Assembly (NCBI GenBank): GCA_044347345.1
Contig: JBIKUX010000004.1
Coordinates: forward strand, 51,110-115,109
Source of the DNA: Bdellovibrionota bacterium
GTDB lineage: Bacteria; Bdellovibrionota_C; UBA2361; JBIKUX01
DNA length: 64,000 nucleotides
Reading direction: 5' to 3'
The notes under the pieces were generated by a model. The model did no database searches, had not been told where the DNA came from, and worked only from the letters and a program-made list of their open reading frames with translations. Below are positions 19,301 to 31,703 of the stretch, piece by piece (positions within the stretch are counted from its first letter, which is position 1; each line of letters opens with the position of its first letter). A program made the position numbers and the translations under genes.

Positions 19301-19999
19301 ATGGCAAAAACAGGAAAACGCTTCGCGTCAGCACAAAAACTAGTTGTTGCTGGAAAAGCCTATTCGCTAGAAGAGGGCTGTGAATTAGTGAGTCAGCTTG
19401 GTACAGCAAAGTTTGATGAGACCGTCGAGGCTGCAATCCGGCTAGGTGTAGATCCTCGTAAAGCGGATCAAAACGTGCGAGGTAGTGTAGGCTTGCCACA
19501 CGGTCTTGGTAAGACTGTGAGGGTTGCTGTATTTGCTAAGGGCGATAAAGCTCAAGAAGCAGAGGCTGCCGGCGCAGACATCGTGGGGGGGGATGACTTG
19601 GTGGAGCGTATCAAGGGAGGCTTCTCAGAGTTTGATAGTGTTATTGCTACACCTGATATGATGGTACAAGTAGGTAAGGTTGGCCGCATTTTGGGTCCGC
19701 GCGGTTTGATGCCTTCACCTAAAGTGGGCACAGTGACTTTTGAGGTCGGAGAGACTGTAAAAGCAGTGAAAGCTGGTCGCGTTGAATACAAGGTTGACAA
19801 AGCAGGTATAGTTCACGCTCCGATAGGTAAAGTATCCTTTGGTTCTGATAAAATAAGAGAAAATTTTATTGCTCTATTACAAGCTCTTTCGAGGGCTAAG
19901 CCGTCAACAAGTAAGGGAATATACTTTCGGTCGTTATCTCTGTCTCCAACGATGGGTCCAGGGGTGATAATTGACTCGGGTGTCACAAGGGCTATTTAA
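19301..19999 (+). CDS. rplA: 50S ribosomal protein L1
   Basis: [31 protein letters not shown]. Confidence 0.97.
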   Translation: MAKTGKRFASAQKLVVAGKAYSLEEGCELVSQLGTAKFDETVEAAIRLGVDPRKADQNVRGSVGLPHGLGKTVRVAVFAKGDKAQEAEAAGADIVGGDDLVERIKGGFSEFDSVIATPDMMVQVGKVGRILGPRGLMPSPKVGTVTFEVGETVKAVKAGRVEYKVDKAGIVHAPIGKVSFGSDKIRENFIALLQALSRAKPSTSKGIYFRSLSLSPTMGPGVIIDSGVTRAI

Positions 20000-20053
20000 T
20001 TTTAGTTAGGTAGTTCTGGTAAATATTTTTCAGAGTAGATGGCGGGGTAAGTA

Positions 20054-20599
20054 ATGGAAAAACACGAAAAAGTTTCTCTCGTAAATTCATTAAAAAGTTC
20101 ATTGAAGACAGCGCAGATAGCCGTTTGCGCCGATTTTCGTGGATTAACTGTAGCTGAAGCTACCGCTTTCCGGCGTGAACTAAGAGGCGTTGGGGCGACT
20201 GCTCTTGTTGTTAAAAATACCTTAGCCAAACTGGCTTCTCAGCAAGCATTTGAAGATGGCAGTGACAGTGAAGTCGATAAGTTTATACACTCCTTTAACG
20301 GGCAATCGTTGGTTGTATATTCAGCTATTGATCCAGTTTCACCGGCTAAGATTTTAGCAAAGTATGGTGGAGAAAAAGGTAAAATCGCTGTTAAGGGAGC
20401 GATGCTTGAAGGACGTTTTCTCGATGCTAAGGGTATTGATGCAGTTTCTAAGTTACCTGGTCGGGAAGAATTGCTGGTTCAGTTGCTTAGATTGATGAAT
20501 ACACCAGCCACCAGAATAGTACGTCTTCTTTCTGCACCAAGCACAAAAGTGGTTAGAGTTATTAACGCTCAGAAAGAAAAATTGGCAGAAGCAGCGTAA
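20054..20599 (+). CDS. rplJ: 50S ribosomal protein L10
   Basis: DFRGLTV, VVKNTLAKLA, KLPGREELL; synteny. Confidence 0.94.
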   Translation: MEKHEKVSLVNSLKSSLKTAQIAVCADFRGLTVAEATAFRRELRGVGATALVVKNTLAKLASQQAFEDGSDSEVDKFIHSFNGQSLVVYSAIDPVSPAKILAKYGGEKGKIAVKGAMLEGRFLDAKGIDAVSKLPGREELLVQLLRLMNTPATRIVRLLSAPSTKVVRVINAQKEKLAEAA

Positions 20600-20842
20600 T
20601 ATTGGTAAGGGTGTATGTTTGTTTAGCGAAATGCTTGCCTTCGTTTAAATGGTGTGATAGCTCAACAAGCTCACAGTGAAAAAAGTATTAGGGCTTTCCT
20701 CTTGTGGTCTAATACAAAAAAAGGCTACCCCTTCAGAATTTGGCTCTCTGAAGAGAAGCTATTAAGCCGGTGTGAAAAAATAGAAATCTTAGCATTGATT
20801 ACTAATAAAATATAAAAAGTTTTGTTCAGGAAAGGAGAAGAA

Positions 20843-21229
20843 ATGAGCGACGTAGTAACAATTGAGCAGGTTAAATCATTTATAAAAAACATGTCGCTTA
20901 TGGAAGCGGCTAAACTAGTAAAGGATCTTGAGGAAGAATTAGGAGTGAAAGCAGACGCTCCAGCTGCTATGGTGATAGCTGGTGGGGCAGGTGCTGGGGC
21001 AGCTCCTGTTGAAGAAAAGACTGAATTTGCAGTTCATTTGGAAGATGCCGGTGCTGAGCGGGTAAAAGTTATTAAGGTAGTACGGGAATTAACTGGTCTA
21101 GGGCTTAAAGAAGCAAAAGATCTTGTGGAAGCAGCACCAAAAGCTGTTAAGGAAGCTCTTCCAAAAGCAGATGCTGAAGCTGCCAAGAAAAAACTTGAAG
21201 AGGCTGGAGCTAAGGCCAGTATCAAGTAG
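20843..21229 (+). CDS. rplL: 50S ribosomal protein L7/L12
   Basis: [30 protein letters not shown] after the AAAGGAG RBS. Confidence 0.97.
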   Translation: MSDVVTIEQVKSFIKNMSLMEAAKLVKDLEEELGVKADAPAAMVIAGGAGAGAAPVEEKTEFAVHLEDAGAERVKVIKVVRELTGLGLKEAKDLVEAAPKAVKEALPKADAEAAKKKLEEAGAKASIK

Positions 21230-21264
21230 TGTAATCTTTACTGCTGTTAATTTTAGCCAACAGT

Positions 21265-21317
21265 CTGTAATACCGTACTCTTGCGTCATAAGTTGTTGCA
21301 GGGTACGGTATAAACAG
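21265..21317 (+). other. Long stem-loop in the rplL-rpoB spacer (attenuator/processing site candidate)
   Basis: TACCGTAC (21271-21278) pairs with GTACGGTA (21303-21310), with extra pairing either side. Confidence 0.45.
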
Positions 21318-21529
21318 TTGTCAAATCAGTAAATTCACAAAAGCTTCAGATCAGCATAACTTTTTGAAGGCCTTAATTCGAATTTACTGTTAACACTGAT
21401 TGAAAAGCAGAAAAAATTCTCGTCAGTGAACAAAAGTAAAGTAATGTTGATAAACTCACTTACTACTAATTGTTTCTCTGGCAAAGACAAAGCGCCACAT
21501 ATAAAATTTACACATAAGTAATAGTGGGT

Positions 21530-24500
21530 ATGAAAGATTCTCTGAAGACTAATGTCCGGCTCCGTCGCAGTCACTCGAAGATTGAAGAAGTAGTCCAAGT
21601 TCCAGACTTGATTCAAATTCAAAAACAATCATATGAGAGATTTTTACAAGTTGGGGTACCTCCGGAAAAAAGGGAGGATATAGGACTGCAGAAAGTTTTC
21701 AAATCTGTGTTTCCTATCAGAGATTATAATAATACTGCTTCATTGGAGTTTGTATCTTATTCTCTTGGAACCCCGAAATATGATGTAGAGGAGTGTCGCG
21801 ATAGAGGAATGACCTGGGCGGCTCCCCTTCGTGTAACTATCCAACTTATTCTCTGGGATATAGATGCAGAAACAGGAAGTCGGACTTTAAGCGCGCTGAA
21901 GGAGGATGTTGTCTACTTTGGTGAAATTCCTCTTATGACAGAGCGAGGTACCTTTATGGTAAATGGTACCGAGCGAGTTATAGTAAGTCAGCTTCATCGG
22001 TCTCCAGGGGTGTTCTTTGATCACGACGGTGGGAAGAGTCATATTTCAGGCAAATTACTATATTCTGCAAGGATAATTCCGTACCGAGGTTCATGGATAG
22101 ATTTTGAATTTGATATAAAAGATCTATTGTTTGTACGAATTGATAGACGTCGCAAGTTAAACGCATCTGTTCTGCTGCGTGCTCTTGGTATGTGTGAGGA
22201 CGAGATTTTAAGTACATACCACAAAACAGATGAAATAAAATTTAGCAAGCGAGGGATAGTTACAAAAGTATTTAAGGCTAGTCAACTTGAGGGTCAAAAA
22301 TCATTTCGAGAAATTAAGTCCGACAGCAAGGTGATTGTAAGGCAGGGGGGCAAGTTTAACAGGGCGGTAATCCGTAGATTAAAGGAAGCGGATATAAGTG
22401 AGATCGAAATAGATCCGGATTCAGTTTCAGGAATGGTAAGTGCGCATACTATTCTTCATGTTGAAGAAGAGGTAGTAAATCGAAAGACTGGTGAGGTTTT
22501 AGCTGAGCAGGGCGAAGTTATTATTGGTTGGGAATCGATTAAAGAAAGATTCAAGTCTTTAGCAGAGTTATTAAATGAGGCCGATGCGCGTGTTGAGCTA
22601 AACAAGGCCCGTATAATAATCAACGCTGGTGAAGAGCTTGTTCCTGACAAAATAAATCAAAAAGAAGAGATTGTTGAAGAGGGTACAGTTTCCGCTCTCA
22701 AGAGGATTGGTATAGAGTCGATTGAGGTTTTATTCCTCGATGACCATCATATAGGTGACTCTCTGCTTAGGACACTTTGGTCTGATAAAATGACCAATGA
22801 CGTAAATGATCTATATGCAAGATTAACTGGCCAAGCTTGTGAGGATAGTTTAATTGAGATATACAGGCGTCTTCGTCCTGGAGATCCTCCAAGACCAGAG
22901 ACTGCAACATCCACTTTTAAGAACTTGTTTTTTAACTCTGATAGATATGATCTATCAGATATTGGTCGTTATAAGATTAATCACAAGCTCTTTATATCTC
23001 AGGGACGAGAAGCTCCACCTTTGGATCAAGGAACCCTATCTATCGAAGATATTAAAGAAACAGTCCGTTATCTATTGGAATTGAGAAATTCTAATGATCC
23101 AATCCGCCACTCTGTGGATGATATCGACCATTTGGGAAATAGACGAATACGCTCAGTTGGTGAGTTAGTCGAAAATCAATTTCGAATTGGACTGGTTCGT
23201 ATGGAGCGTGCGGTCAAGGAACGCATGGGCATGCAAGATATAGACACTCTGGTTCCACAGGATCTTATTAATTACAAACCTGTTGCTGCAGTTGTTAAGG
23301 AGTTTTTTGGGTCATCTCAGTTATCTCAATTTATGGATCAAACAAATCCTCTATCAGAGGTAACTCACAAGCGACGTTTATCAGCTCTCGGGCCAGGTGG
23401 ATTAACTAGAGACAGAGCTGGATTCGAAGTTAGGGATGTAAACCCTACTCATTACGGTCGGATTTGTCCAATAGAAACACCAGAGGGGCCAAATATTGGT
23501 TTGATAGCTTCACTTGCAGTTTACGCTAGAGTAAATGAATTTGGTTTTATTGAAACCCCATATAGAGTAGTTGATAGTACAAATGCTGTTAGTTCAGATA
23601 TTGTTTACTTGTCAGCACTTGAGGAGGAACGTGAAACAATAGCACAGGCTAGCGCGCCACTTAATGACGGGGGAAAATTCGCAGAACAATTAGTTTCATC
23701 ACGACGGAATGGTGAATATGTTCTTTCTCCTTCTGATGATGTAACTAAGATGGATGTTAGTCCCCGTCAAATCGTGAGCGTCGCTGCATCTCTTATTCCA
23801 TTTTTAGAAAATGATGATGCAAACAGGGCACTCATGGGTTCTAATATGCAGCGTCAGGCTGTACCCTGTTTAAAAGCACAGGCGCCCCTTGTAGGAACTG
23901 GAATCGAAAGAATAGTTGCGCGTGATTCAGGGGCAACAAAAGTTGCTCGTCGTTCCGGAAAGGTAGTATCGGTAGACTCCGAAAGAATCGTAGTAAAAGC
24001 TGACCAGATTAGTGATGACCAACTAGATACAGGGGTTGATATTTACAAGCTTGTAAAATATCGACGCTCTAATCAAAATACCTGCCTAAATCAGCGTCCA
24101 ATCGTGAGAGCCGGTGAAGAGGTAGCTGCTGGTGAGGTAATAGCAGACGGTCCAAGCACTGATATGGCAGAACTCGGGCTAGGCCAGAACGTAGTCGTAG
24201 CGTTTATGCCATGGGGTGGCTATAACTTCGAAGATTCAATCCTTATAAATGAAAAATGTGTTGAGAAGGATATTTTCACCTCTATCCATATTGAAGAATT
24301 CGAATGTATAGCTCGAGATACAAAGTTAGGGAAGGAAGAGATAACCAGAGATATTCCGAATGTCGGAGAGGAAGCCTTAAAAAATCTAGATGATTCAGGC
24401 ATTATTTGTGTCGGTGCTGAAGTCAAGCCCGGTGATATTTTAGTTGGTAAAATAACTCCAAAGAGTGAGACTCAGCTGAGCCCTGAAGAAAAATTACTAC

Positions 24501-25984
24501 GGGCTATATTTGGTGAAAAGGCTGGTGAAGTTAGGGATACAAGTTTGAAGCTGCCACCCGGAGTGGAAGGGACGGTAATTTCCGCTCAGGTATTTACTCG
24601 AAAAGGAATCGAAAAGGATGAGCGTACCCTAGGTATAGAAAGGCGAGAGGTGGCTCGGTTAGAGCAAGACCAAAGAGATGAAATTAAAATTATAATAGAT
24701 GCCGCATTCTCTGAAATTAGGGATATTCTTTTAGGTCAAGTTACTACTGGTCGTCTTGTTGATGACAGAAGAGAAGAGTTGCTTCCTAAGGGTGTCCAGT
24801 TGACAGTAGACCATCTCAAAGAAATCCCTTTTGAGTATTTACGAGATATTCAAATTGGTGATGAGCTCGGTCAGGAACGAGTTAATCGTATAGTAGTTAG
24901 TACCGGACAATTAATTAACAGTAAAAGGGCTGTGCTTTCTGAAAAGATAGCTCGACTTCAGGAGGGTGATGAATTAGCTCCTGGAGTTATAAAGTTGGTG
25001 AAGGTATTTATTGCGATTAAGCGTAAGCTACAAGTAGGTGATAAGTTGGCAGGCCGCCACGGAAATAAAGGTGTCCTCTCAAGGGTCTTACCTCAGGAGG
25101 ATATGCCTTATCTTGCAGATGGTACACCTGTCGATATTGTACTTAATCCCCTAGGTGTTCCTTCTCGTATGAATGTTGGCCAGATTTTAGAGACTCATCT
25201 TGGCCTCGCTTCTTGGGAATTAGGTAGAAAATTAAGAGATCAACTTGAACCTCTTATTGATGTAGCTACAGGATTGGAGCGTTCAGATGTTTCTGATGAA
25301 AATAAAAAACGAGGAATTGGGTCTGTACGGGAGCTTTTAGAGAAAGTTTTTGGCACACGAACAGAGGGAAAATTTATCAGGTCGCTATCAGATAAGTCAG
25401 TCCTTGAGTTTGCAAGACGTTCAATTGGAGGTATTCACTTTGCTAGTCCGGTTTTTGACGCGACGAATGAAGATGAAATAGAACAACTATTAAAAGTTTC
25501 TGGTTTGGATGGTACAGGCCAGATTCAGTTGTATGATGGGCGCACTGGAGAACCTTTTAGTGAGAAGGTTACAGTAGGTGTCATGTATATGCTCAAACTT
25601 GATCACCTAGTTGATGATAAAATTCATGCTAGATCTACTGGGCCATATTCTTTAGTTACCCAGCAGCCTCTTGGTGGTAAAGCTCAGTTTGGTGGACAAC
25701 GTCTAGGAGAGATGGAAGTATGGGCTCTTGAAGCTTATGGAGCCGCCTATACTCTTCAGGAGTTTTTGACCGTTAAATCTGATGATGTGACTGGGCGTAC
25801 TAGAATGTACGAGTCAATTGTCAAGGGTGAGCATGTTCTTGAACCAGGTTTGCCGGAATCATTCAATGTAATGATGAAGGAGTTACAATCTTTGGGACTA
25901 GATGTTGAACTAATCGAAGAGGCAAGTCAGGAGGGCGTTGAAAATTCTGACACTGAATTTGGTATGGGGAGCCAAGCAGCATAG
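21530..25984 (+). CDS. rpoB: RNA polymerase beta subunit
   Basis: [59 protein letters not shown]; about 1485 aa. Confidence 0.98.
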   Translation: MKDSLKTNVRLRRSHSKIEEVVQVPDLIQIQKQSYERFLQVGVPPEKREDIGLQKVFKSVFPIRDYNNTASLEFVSYSLGTPKYDVEECRDRGMTWAAPLRVTIQLILWDIDAETGSRTLSALKEDVVYFGEIPLMTERGTFMVNGTERVIVSQLHRSPGVFFDHDGGKSHISGKLLYSARIIPYRGSWIDFEFDIKDLLFVRIDRRRKLNASVLLRALGMCEDEILSTYHKTDEIKFSKRGIVTKVFKASQLEGQKSFREIKSDSKVIVRQGGKFNRAVIRRLKEADISEIEIDPDSVSGMVSAHTILHVEEEVVNRKTGEVLAEQGEVIIGWESIKERFKSLAELLNEADARVELNKARIIINAGEELVPDKINQKEEIVEEGTVSALKRIGIESIEVLFLDDHHIGDSLLRTLWSDKMTNDVNDLYARLTGQACEDSLIEIYRRLRPGDPPRPETATSTFKNLFFNSDRYDLSDIGRYKINHKLFISQGREAPPLDQGTLSIEDIKETVRYLLELRNSNDPIRHSVDDIDHLGNRRIRSVGELVENQFRIGLVRMERAVKERMGMQDIDTLVPQDLINYKPVAAVVKEFFGSSQLSQFMDQTNPLSEVTHKRRLSALGPGGLTRDRAGFEVRDVNPTHYGRICPIETPEGPNIGLIASLAVYARVNEFGFIETPYRVVDSTNAVSSDIVYLSALEEERETIAQASAPLNDGGKFAEQLVSSRRNGEYVLSPSDDVTKMDVSPRQIVSVAASLIPFLENDDANRALMGSNMQRQAVPCLKAQAPLVGTGIERIVARDSGATKVARRSGKVVSVDSERIVVKADQISDDQLDTGVDIYKLVKYRRSNQNTCLNQRPIVRAGEEVAAGEVIADGPSTDMAELGLGQNVVVAFMPWGGYNFEDSILINEKCVEKDIFTSIHIEEFECIARDTKLGKEEITRDIPNVGEEALKNLDDSGIICVGAEVKPGDILVGKITPKSETQLSPEEKLLRAIFGEKAGEVRDTSLKLPPGVEGTVISAQVFTRKGIEKDERTLGIERREVARLEQDQRDEIKIIIDAAFSEIRDILLGQVTTGRLVDDRREELLPKGVQLTVDHLKEIPFEYLRDIQIGDELGQERVNRIVVSTGQLINSKRAVLSEKIARLQEGDELAPGVIKLVKVFIAIKRKLQVGDKLAGRHGNKGVLSRVLPQEDMPYLADGTPVDIVLNPLGVPSRMNVGQILETHLGLASWELGRKLRDQLEPLIDVATGLERSDVSDENKKRGIGSVRELLEKVFGTRTEGKFIRSLSDKSVLEFARRSIGGIHFASPVFDATNEDEIEQLLKVSGLDGTGQIQLYDGRTGEPFSEKVTVGVMYMLKLDHLVDDKIHARSTGPYSLVTQQPLGGKAQFGGQRLGEMEVWALEAYGAAYTLQEFLTVKSDDVTGRTRMYESIVKGEHVLEPGLPESFNVMMKELQSLGLDVELIEEASQEGVENSDTEFGMGSQAA

Positions 25985-26339
25985 AGTGAAATAGACTAAA
26001 AGTTAAAACTTTTATTTTCTAAATTGTTTTTATGCCTGTATCGTTGACTTATAATGAAAATGTCGGTATTACAGCACGACAATATTCGGACAAAGAATAA
26101 GGGGTGCAATGGCTTAGTCAACACCCTTCAAAATGTCTAATTAAAAAGCTTAAGCATAATAGCAAAAGCAGTTTTATCGAGAAGTTTCAAAGATTACGAA
26201 TCCAGCTTGGACTCGTACTTGTAAAAAATGTTGCTCAAAAAAAGCAAAGAGATATACGCTAACTTTTTTAAAAGCAAATTTCTTCAAAAGATAAAATTAA
26301 AAAGATAAAAAGTGATAAATGAAATCCAGTTAGAGGTAA

Positions 26340-26582
26340 ACCTCAACTGCACATGTAATCAATTTATTATCAAGCGAAGTATTTGAAATTCGCAAGTTTC
26401 AAAAAGGTACGGTTATAACGACCAAACCGAAAGGAAACTGCTCAAAGAGTATTCAATAACAAAGTCTGACTTGAGTCTCAGTTCTTGTTAAGAAGCTCGA
26501 AGAAAAAAAGTTTCAAACATGGAGATGAACTTATATAGAGTTTAGGTTAACATCTAGCATCAACCAGAGAGCGTGTGGGTTA
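26340..26582 (+). pseudogene. Possible highly eroded remnant of the rpoC 5' end
   Basis: Colinear traces INLLSSE..EIRKFQKGTV..TKP..CSK.I, then KH, then RERVG vs RpoC IxLASPE.IRxWSxGEVxKP..CAKI..KH..RERMG; by eye only. Confidence 0.3.
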
Positions 26583-26636
26583 ATCGCCGGATTTTAAGAT
26601 ATTTAAGTTTAAGTATTTGGAGAGGCACCGAAAAAA

Positions 26637-27008
26637 ATGCCAACGATAAATCAACTTGTAAGAAAAGCAAGGTTAAAAAAGAAAGCTCGAACAAAGTCTC
26701 CAGCTTTGGAAAGGTGTCCACAGAAAAGAGGCGTTTGTACAAGGGTATACACACAGACACCTAAGAAGCCCAACTCAGCCTTGAGAAAGGTAGCTCGTGT
26801 AAGGTTAACTACAGGTATGGAGGTTACTAGCTACATTCCAGGAGTTGGCCACAATCTTCAGGAACACTCAGTAGTGCTAATTCGAGGTGGAAGAGTAAAA
26901 GATTTGCCTGGGGTTAGATATCATATTATCCGAGGTAAGTTGGAAGCTCATGGGGTACAGGATAGACGGCAAGGTCGCTCTAAGTACGGTGCAAAACGTC
27001 CAAAATAG
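26637..27008 (+). CDS. rpsL: 30S ribosomal protein S12
   Basis: [32 protein letters not shown]. Confidence 0.98.
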   Translation: MPTINQLVRKARLKKKARTKSPALERCPQKRGVCTRVYTQTPKKPNSALRKVARVRLTTGMEVTSYIPGVGHNLQEHSVVLIRGGRVKDLPGVRYHIIRGKLEAHGVQDRRQGRSKYGAKRPK

Positions 27009-27102
27009 TATTCAGTACATATAGCTTAATTCTGATTAAATAAATAAATGCAAAATAAAAAAGTTTAAATGGGAAAAGCTAAAGTTTAATCTCGGATAAT
27101 TT

Positions 27103-27573
27103 ATGACACGCAGAAAAAAAGACTTTTCACGAGAACTATTACCAGATCCAAAATATGCGGATCTTACCATTACTAGATTGGTGAACACTCTAATGAAAGA
27201 TGGTAAAAAGAGTGTTGTTGAGAAGGCGTGTTATGATGCCCTCGACATAATTACTGAACGAATGAAGTCAGATTCGTTGCAGATATTTAAGCAAGCAATC
27301 GACAATCTTAAGCCTATGGTAGAAGTGCGTAGTCGTCGAGTAGGTGGAGCTACATATCAAGTTCCAACAGAGGTCAGACCGAGAAGAGCTGAATCTCTTG
27401 CTATCAGATGGTTAGTCGATGCTGCAAATGGAAGAAGTGAGAGAGGCATAGCTTTGCGCCTCGCAGGAGAACTAATGGATGCTTCGTCAAATAGAGGCGT
27501 CGCTATTAAAAAGCGTGAGGACACTCATAGAATGGCTGAGGCAAATAAAGCCTTCTCGCACTTTCGCTGGTAG
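27103..27573 (+). CDS. rpsG: 30S ribosomal protein S7
   Basis: [27 protein letters not shown]. Confidence 0.98.
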   Translation: MTRRKKDFSRELLPDPKYADLTITRLVNTLMKDGKKSVVEKACYDALDIITERMKSDSLQIFKQAIDNLKPMVEVRSRRVGGATYQVPTEVRPRRAESLAIRWLVDAANGRSERGIALRLAGELMDASSNRGVAIKKREDTHRMAEANKAFSHFRW

Positions 27574-27639
27574 GAGGATTGCCTTCGGGTTTATAGGCAA
27601 TTACTAAAAAATTTACGCTAAAAGAATATAATCCACGCA

Positions 27640-29733
27640 ATGTCAAAAAAAGATCTCTCTACAACTCGAAATATCGGTATAATGGCACATATTGATGCCG
27701 GTAAAACAACCACAACCGAAAGAATTCTTTTTTATACTGGAATAAATTATAAGATAGGCGAAGTTCATGAAGGTGCTGCCACAATGGACTATATGGAGTT
27801 GGAGCAAGAGCGAGGGATTACCATTACCTCTGCAGCAACTACCTGTGAATGGAAAGGTTCAGACGGTCAACGGATAGCTCATAAGATTAATATTATCGAC
27901 ACTCCTGGCCACGTTGATTTTACGATTGAAGTCGAGCGTAGCCTAAGGGTTTTAGATGGAGCAATTGCCGTTTTCGACGGAGTAAGTGGGGTTGAACCAC
28001 AGTCTGAAACTGTATGGCGTCAGGCTAATAAGTTTAATGTGCCCAGATTCTGTTTTATCAACAAACTTGATAGGATGGGAGCAAATTTTGAGAAAGGGGT
28101 AGAATCAATTCGTAATAGGCTTCAAGCAAATGCTGTTCCCGTCCAATTGCCGATAGGAATAGAGAGTGATTTTATAGGTATAGTCGATTTAGTAGAGATG
28201 CAAGGGATCTACTATCTTGATGAGACTAAGGGTGCTCAGTTTGAAATCCGACCAATACCAGATGAACTTGTTGAGCCTGCAAAGAGAGCTAGAGAGAGCT
28301 TAATTGAGGCAGCTGCTGATTTTGATGAAGAGCTTCTGGAGCGTTATTTGGCTGGAAATGAGATTTCTCCAGCTGACCTAAGAGCGGCTATTAGGAAGGG
28401 AACCTTGTCAATGAAGCTCTTTCCGGTTTTATGTGGAAGTGCTTTTAAAAATAAGGGCGTACAACCTTTATTGGATGCGGTTATCGATTATCTTCCTTCA
28501 CCACTCGATGTACCTCCTGTTGAAGGAGTAGACCCTTCATCTTCTGATGGGGCAATATTATCTCGCTCAGCAAACCCCAATGAACCGTTCTGTGCATTAG
28601 CTTTTAAAATTATATCGGATCCTTTTGTAGGAACACTGACCTTCTTTAGAGTTTATTCCGGAACAATAACTCCAGGTACAGCAGTGTACAATGCGACACG
28701 AAGCGAAAAAGAAAGAATCGGTCGTATTGTAAAAATGCACGCTGATAAGAGAGAGGAAGTTAAGGAGATTTCTGCCGGCGACATTGGCGCTGCGGTCGGT
28801 CTTAAATCAACTATAACAGGCGATACGCTATGTGAGCCTGGTTCATTAATTGTACTCGAATCAATCAAAGCACCTGACCCGGTTATAAGCGTGGCTATTG
28901 AGCCTAAGACTAAGGCCGATGAAGAGAAGCTTGGTTTATCATTGATGAAGCTTGCAAAGGAAGATCCATCCTTAAGGGTAACATCTGACCCCGATACAAA
29001 ACAGACTATCATCGCTGGAATGGGTGAGCTTCATTTAGATATTATTAAGTCACGACTTGAACGAGAATATGGCGTTCAAACAGATGTAGGTAAACCTCAA
29101 GTAGCTTATCGAGAAACTATTCTTGGTAAAGTTGAAAATGAAACTAAGTATGCTAAGCAGTCAGGTGGTAGAGGTCAGTTTGGTCATGTCTTTCTTCGTG
29201 TTGAGCCGCTTGAAAGAGGAGCCGGGGTTCAATTTGTTGATGAAATAAAAGGGGGAGTAATACCTAAAGAGTACGTTCCCGCAGTTGAAAATGGCGTTCG
29301 GGAAGCATTGACTGGGGGTATTTTTGCAGGATATCCAGTTATAGACTTAAAAATTGCTTTATTTTATGGAAGCTTTCACGAAGTTGACTCTAGCGAAATA
29401 GCTTTTAAAATAGCTGGCTCGATGTGTGTAAAGGAAGCATGCAGAGAGGCCGGATTGCAACTTCTTGAGCCAATTATGGCGGTAGAAGTAGTCTGTCCTG
29501 ATGATTTTATAAGCAATGTTGTTGGTGACTTGAATAGGAGGAGAGCTCGTATACAAGGAATGGAGCCAAGGGCGGGTGCACAAGCTGTAAAAGCTGAAGT
29601 TCCATTGTCGGAGATGTTTGGATATTCTACTGACTTACGTTCTGGTACGCAGGGTAGAGGTACGTTTTCTATGGAGTATGATCATTATGCGCCTGTACCT
29701 CAGCATATTGCTGAACAGATAGCTAAAAAGTAG
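27640..29733 (+). CDS. fusA: Elongation factor G
   Basis: [41 protein letters not shown]. Confidence 0.98.
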   Translation: MSKKDLSTTRNIGIMAHIDAGKTTTTERILFYTGINYKIGEVHEGAATMDYMELEQERGITITSAATTCEWKGSDGQRIAHKINIIDTPGHVDFTIEVERSLRVLDGAIAVFDGVSGVEPQSETVWRQANKFNVPRFCFINKLDRMGANFEKGVESIRNRLQANAVPVQLPIGIESDFIGIVDLVEMQGIYYLDETKGAQFEIRPIPDELVEPAKRARESLIEAAADFDEELLERYLAGNEISPADLRAAIRKGTLSMKLFPVLCGSAFKNKGVQPLLDAVIDYLPSPLDVPPVEGVDPSSSDGAILSRSANPNEPFCALAFKIISDPFVGTLTFFRVYSGTITPGTAVYNATRSEKERIGRIVKMHADKREEVKEISAGDIGAAVGLKSTITGDTLCEPGSLIVLESIKAPDPVISVAIEPKTKADEEKLGLSLMKLAKEDPSLRVTSDPDTKQTIIAGMGELHLDIIKSRLEREYGVQTDVGKPQVAYRETILGKVENETKYAKQSGGRGQFGHVFLRVEPLERGAGVQFVDEIKGGVIPKEYVPAVENGVREALTGGIFAGYPVIDLKIALFYGSFHEVDSSEIAFKIAGSMCVKEACREAGLQLLEPIMAVEVVCPDDFISNVVGDLNRRRARIQGMEPRAGAQAVKAEVPLSEMFGYSTDLRSGTQGRGTFSMEYDHYAPVPQHIAEQIAKK

Positions 29734-29878
29734 TTAAGTACAGTTAAAGTGTAGATCAGGATAAAGCTAATAGTGAAAAGATTATTTACAGAGTAGGTCG
29801 ATAATAATTAGAAAAATTATATCGATATGTTTAATATTTAAATGGTTATACTAATAAAAGTAAAAACTGGAGCAAATA

Positions 29879-31075
29879 ATGGCAAAGGGTAAATTTGAAC
29901 GTACAAAACCCCACGTAAATATAGGTACTATCGGTCACGTTGACCATGGTAAAACCACATTAACGGCGGCTTTAGTAAACACTCAGGCTGGACGTTCTTT
30001 GGCAAAAGTAAAAAGCTATCAAGATATTGCCAAGGGGGGGACAGTAAGAGATGCAACTAAAACTGTAACCATTGCTTCAGCTCATGTTGAGTACGAGACA
30101 GCCAATCGTCACTACGCTCATGTTGACTGCCCAGGGCACGCAGATTATGTAAAAAATATGATTACTGGTGCAGCTCAAATGGACGGCGCTATTCTTGTAG
30201 TCAGTGCGGCTGATGGTCCGATGCCTCAGACTCGAGAACATATATTACTCGCGCGTCAAGTGGGAGTTCCAAAGATTGTTGTTTTTTTGAACAAAGTCGA
30301 TGTCGTAAATGACCCTGAATTACTTGAACTTGTGGAAATGGAAGTCAGGGATCTTTTAAATCAATATGATTTTCCAGGTGATGATACTCCGATAATACGC
30401 GGTAGCGCCCTTAAAGCACTTAACGGTGAAGATAGTGAAATAGGTATTGGCGCAATTGATAAGTTACTAGCAACTATTGACGAATATGTTCCTATCCCAG
30501 AAAGGGAGATTGATAAGGCTTTTTTGATGTCTGTTGAGGATGTATTTTCGATTGCAGGGCGTGGCACAGTAGCAACAGGTCGTGTAGAACGCGGGAGAGT
30601 GAAGGTTGGAGAGGAAGTAGCAATAGTAGGTCTTCGTCCAATTCAAAAGACTACCGTAACCGGTGTTGAGATGTTTAATAAACAACTCGATGAGGGAGTA
30701 GCTGGTGACAACGTAGGTTGTTTGCTTAGGGGATTGAAGCGAGAAGATATCGAAAGAGGGCAGGTATTAGCCGCTCCAGGTAGTATAACTCCACACAAGA
30801 AATTTAAAGCTGAAGCTTATATCCTGAAGAAGGAGGAAGGTGGACGTCATAAGCCGTTTTTTGGTGGCTATCGTCCTCAGTTCTATTTCAGAACAACGGA
30901 TGTGACTGGAGTAATTAAGCTACCTCAAGGCGTTGAGATGGCAATGCCAGGTGACCACATAAATTTGGATGTAGAGCTTTATACAGAAATAGCACTCGAG
31001 CGTGGAGTAAGGTTTGCTATCCGTGAAGGTGGAAGGACTGTTGGCTCTGGTGTCGTAACAGAAATTATCGAATAG
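29879..31075 (+). CDS. tuf: Elongation factor Tu (variant switch I)
   Basis: [43 protein letters not shown]; switch I reads [17 protein letters not shown]. Confidence 0.98.
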   Translation: MAKGKFERTKPHVNIGTIGHVDHGKTTLTAALVNTQAGRSLAKVKSYQDIAKGGTVRDATKTVTIASAHVEYETANRHYAHVDCPGHADYVKNMITGAAQMDGAILVVSAADGPMPQTREHILLARQVGVPKIVVFLNKVDVVNDPELLELVEMEVRDLLNQYDFPGDDTPIIRGSALKALNGEDSEIGIGAIDKLLATIDEYVPIPEREIDKAFLMSVEDVFSIAGRGTVATGRVERGRVKVGEEVAIVGLRPIQKTTVTGVEMFNKQLDEGVAGDNVGCLLRGLKREDIERGQVLAAPGSITPHKKFKAEAYILKKEEGGRHKPFFGGYRPQFYFRTTDVTGVIKLPQGVEMAMPGDHINLDVELYTEIALERGVRFAIREGGRTVGSGVVTEIIE

Positions 31076-31323
31076 GAAATAGCTTTTATAATGACTGGCC
31101 TTGTAGTTAAGCTTATCTAACGAAAGGCCTAGTCAAAAGCAATTCAGATAATTTCTAGCTTAAAAGTATCGTTTGTTAAAGGCAAAAAGCATTCAGTAAA
31201 TAAAAAAGGGCTATATAATTTCATCACAAGTAATCTGCTTTAAAATTACTTATAAAGACCGATTATTTTGTTTGAAGGCAGTAGTTTCTTTGAAATAAAT
31301 GCACAAATGGCAGTAGGTAAATA

Positions 31324-31638
31324 ATGGTAAGTGGCAATCTAATAAGGGTTCGGTTGAAAGGATACGACTATCGGCAGCTTGATAGTGCTGTAGCTGATAT
31401 TGTGCAAACGGTTCGTCGTACAGGTGGAAGAGTAGCTGGCCCAATCCCACTGCCGACAAAGATTGTAAGATATACTGTAAACCGGAGCTCTTTTATTGAT
31501 AAAAAGTCTCGAGAGCAGTTTCAGGTTTCTACCTATAAACGATTGATTGATATTTTGGAACCGACCCAGCAAACAATTGACGAATTAGGAAAGTTGGAAC
31601 TGTCCACGGGCATCGGTGTAGAGATTAAATTAATGTAA
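31324..31638 (+). CDS. rpsJ: 30S ribosomal protein S10
   Basis: [24 protein letters not shown]. Confidence 0.96.
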   Translation: MVSGNLIRVRLKGYDYRQLDSAVADIVQTVRRTGGRVAGPIPLPTKIVRYTVNRSSFIDKKSREQFQVSTYKRLIDILEPTQQTIDELGKLELSTGIGVEIKLM

Positions 31639-31703
31639 ATAGCAGCTTGTGAAATTAAGTAGCGACTCTAATAACTAACTAGGCAATAGTAACGGCTCAA
31701 GAT

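Noticed and set aside
26099-26128. GGGGTGCAATGG hairpin as a tmRNA 5' end or mini-ORF
   Set aside because: No TTCGAC motif, tag reading frame or tRNA-like 3' end; only a small hairpin
26185-26262. FQRLRIQLG as part of the rpoC relic
   Set aside because: Not colinear in distance with the other traces; likely chance
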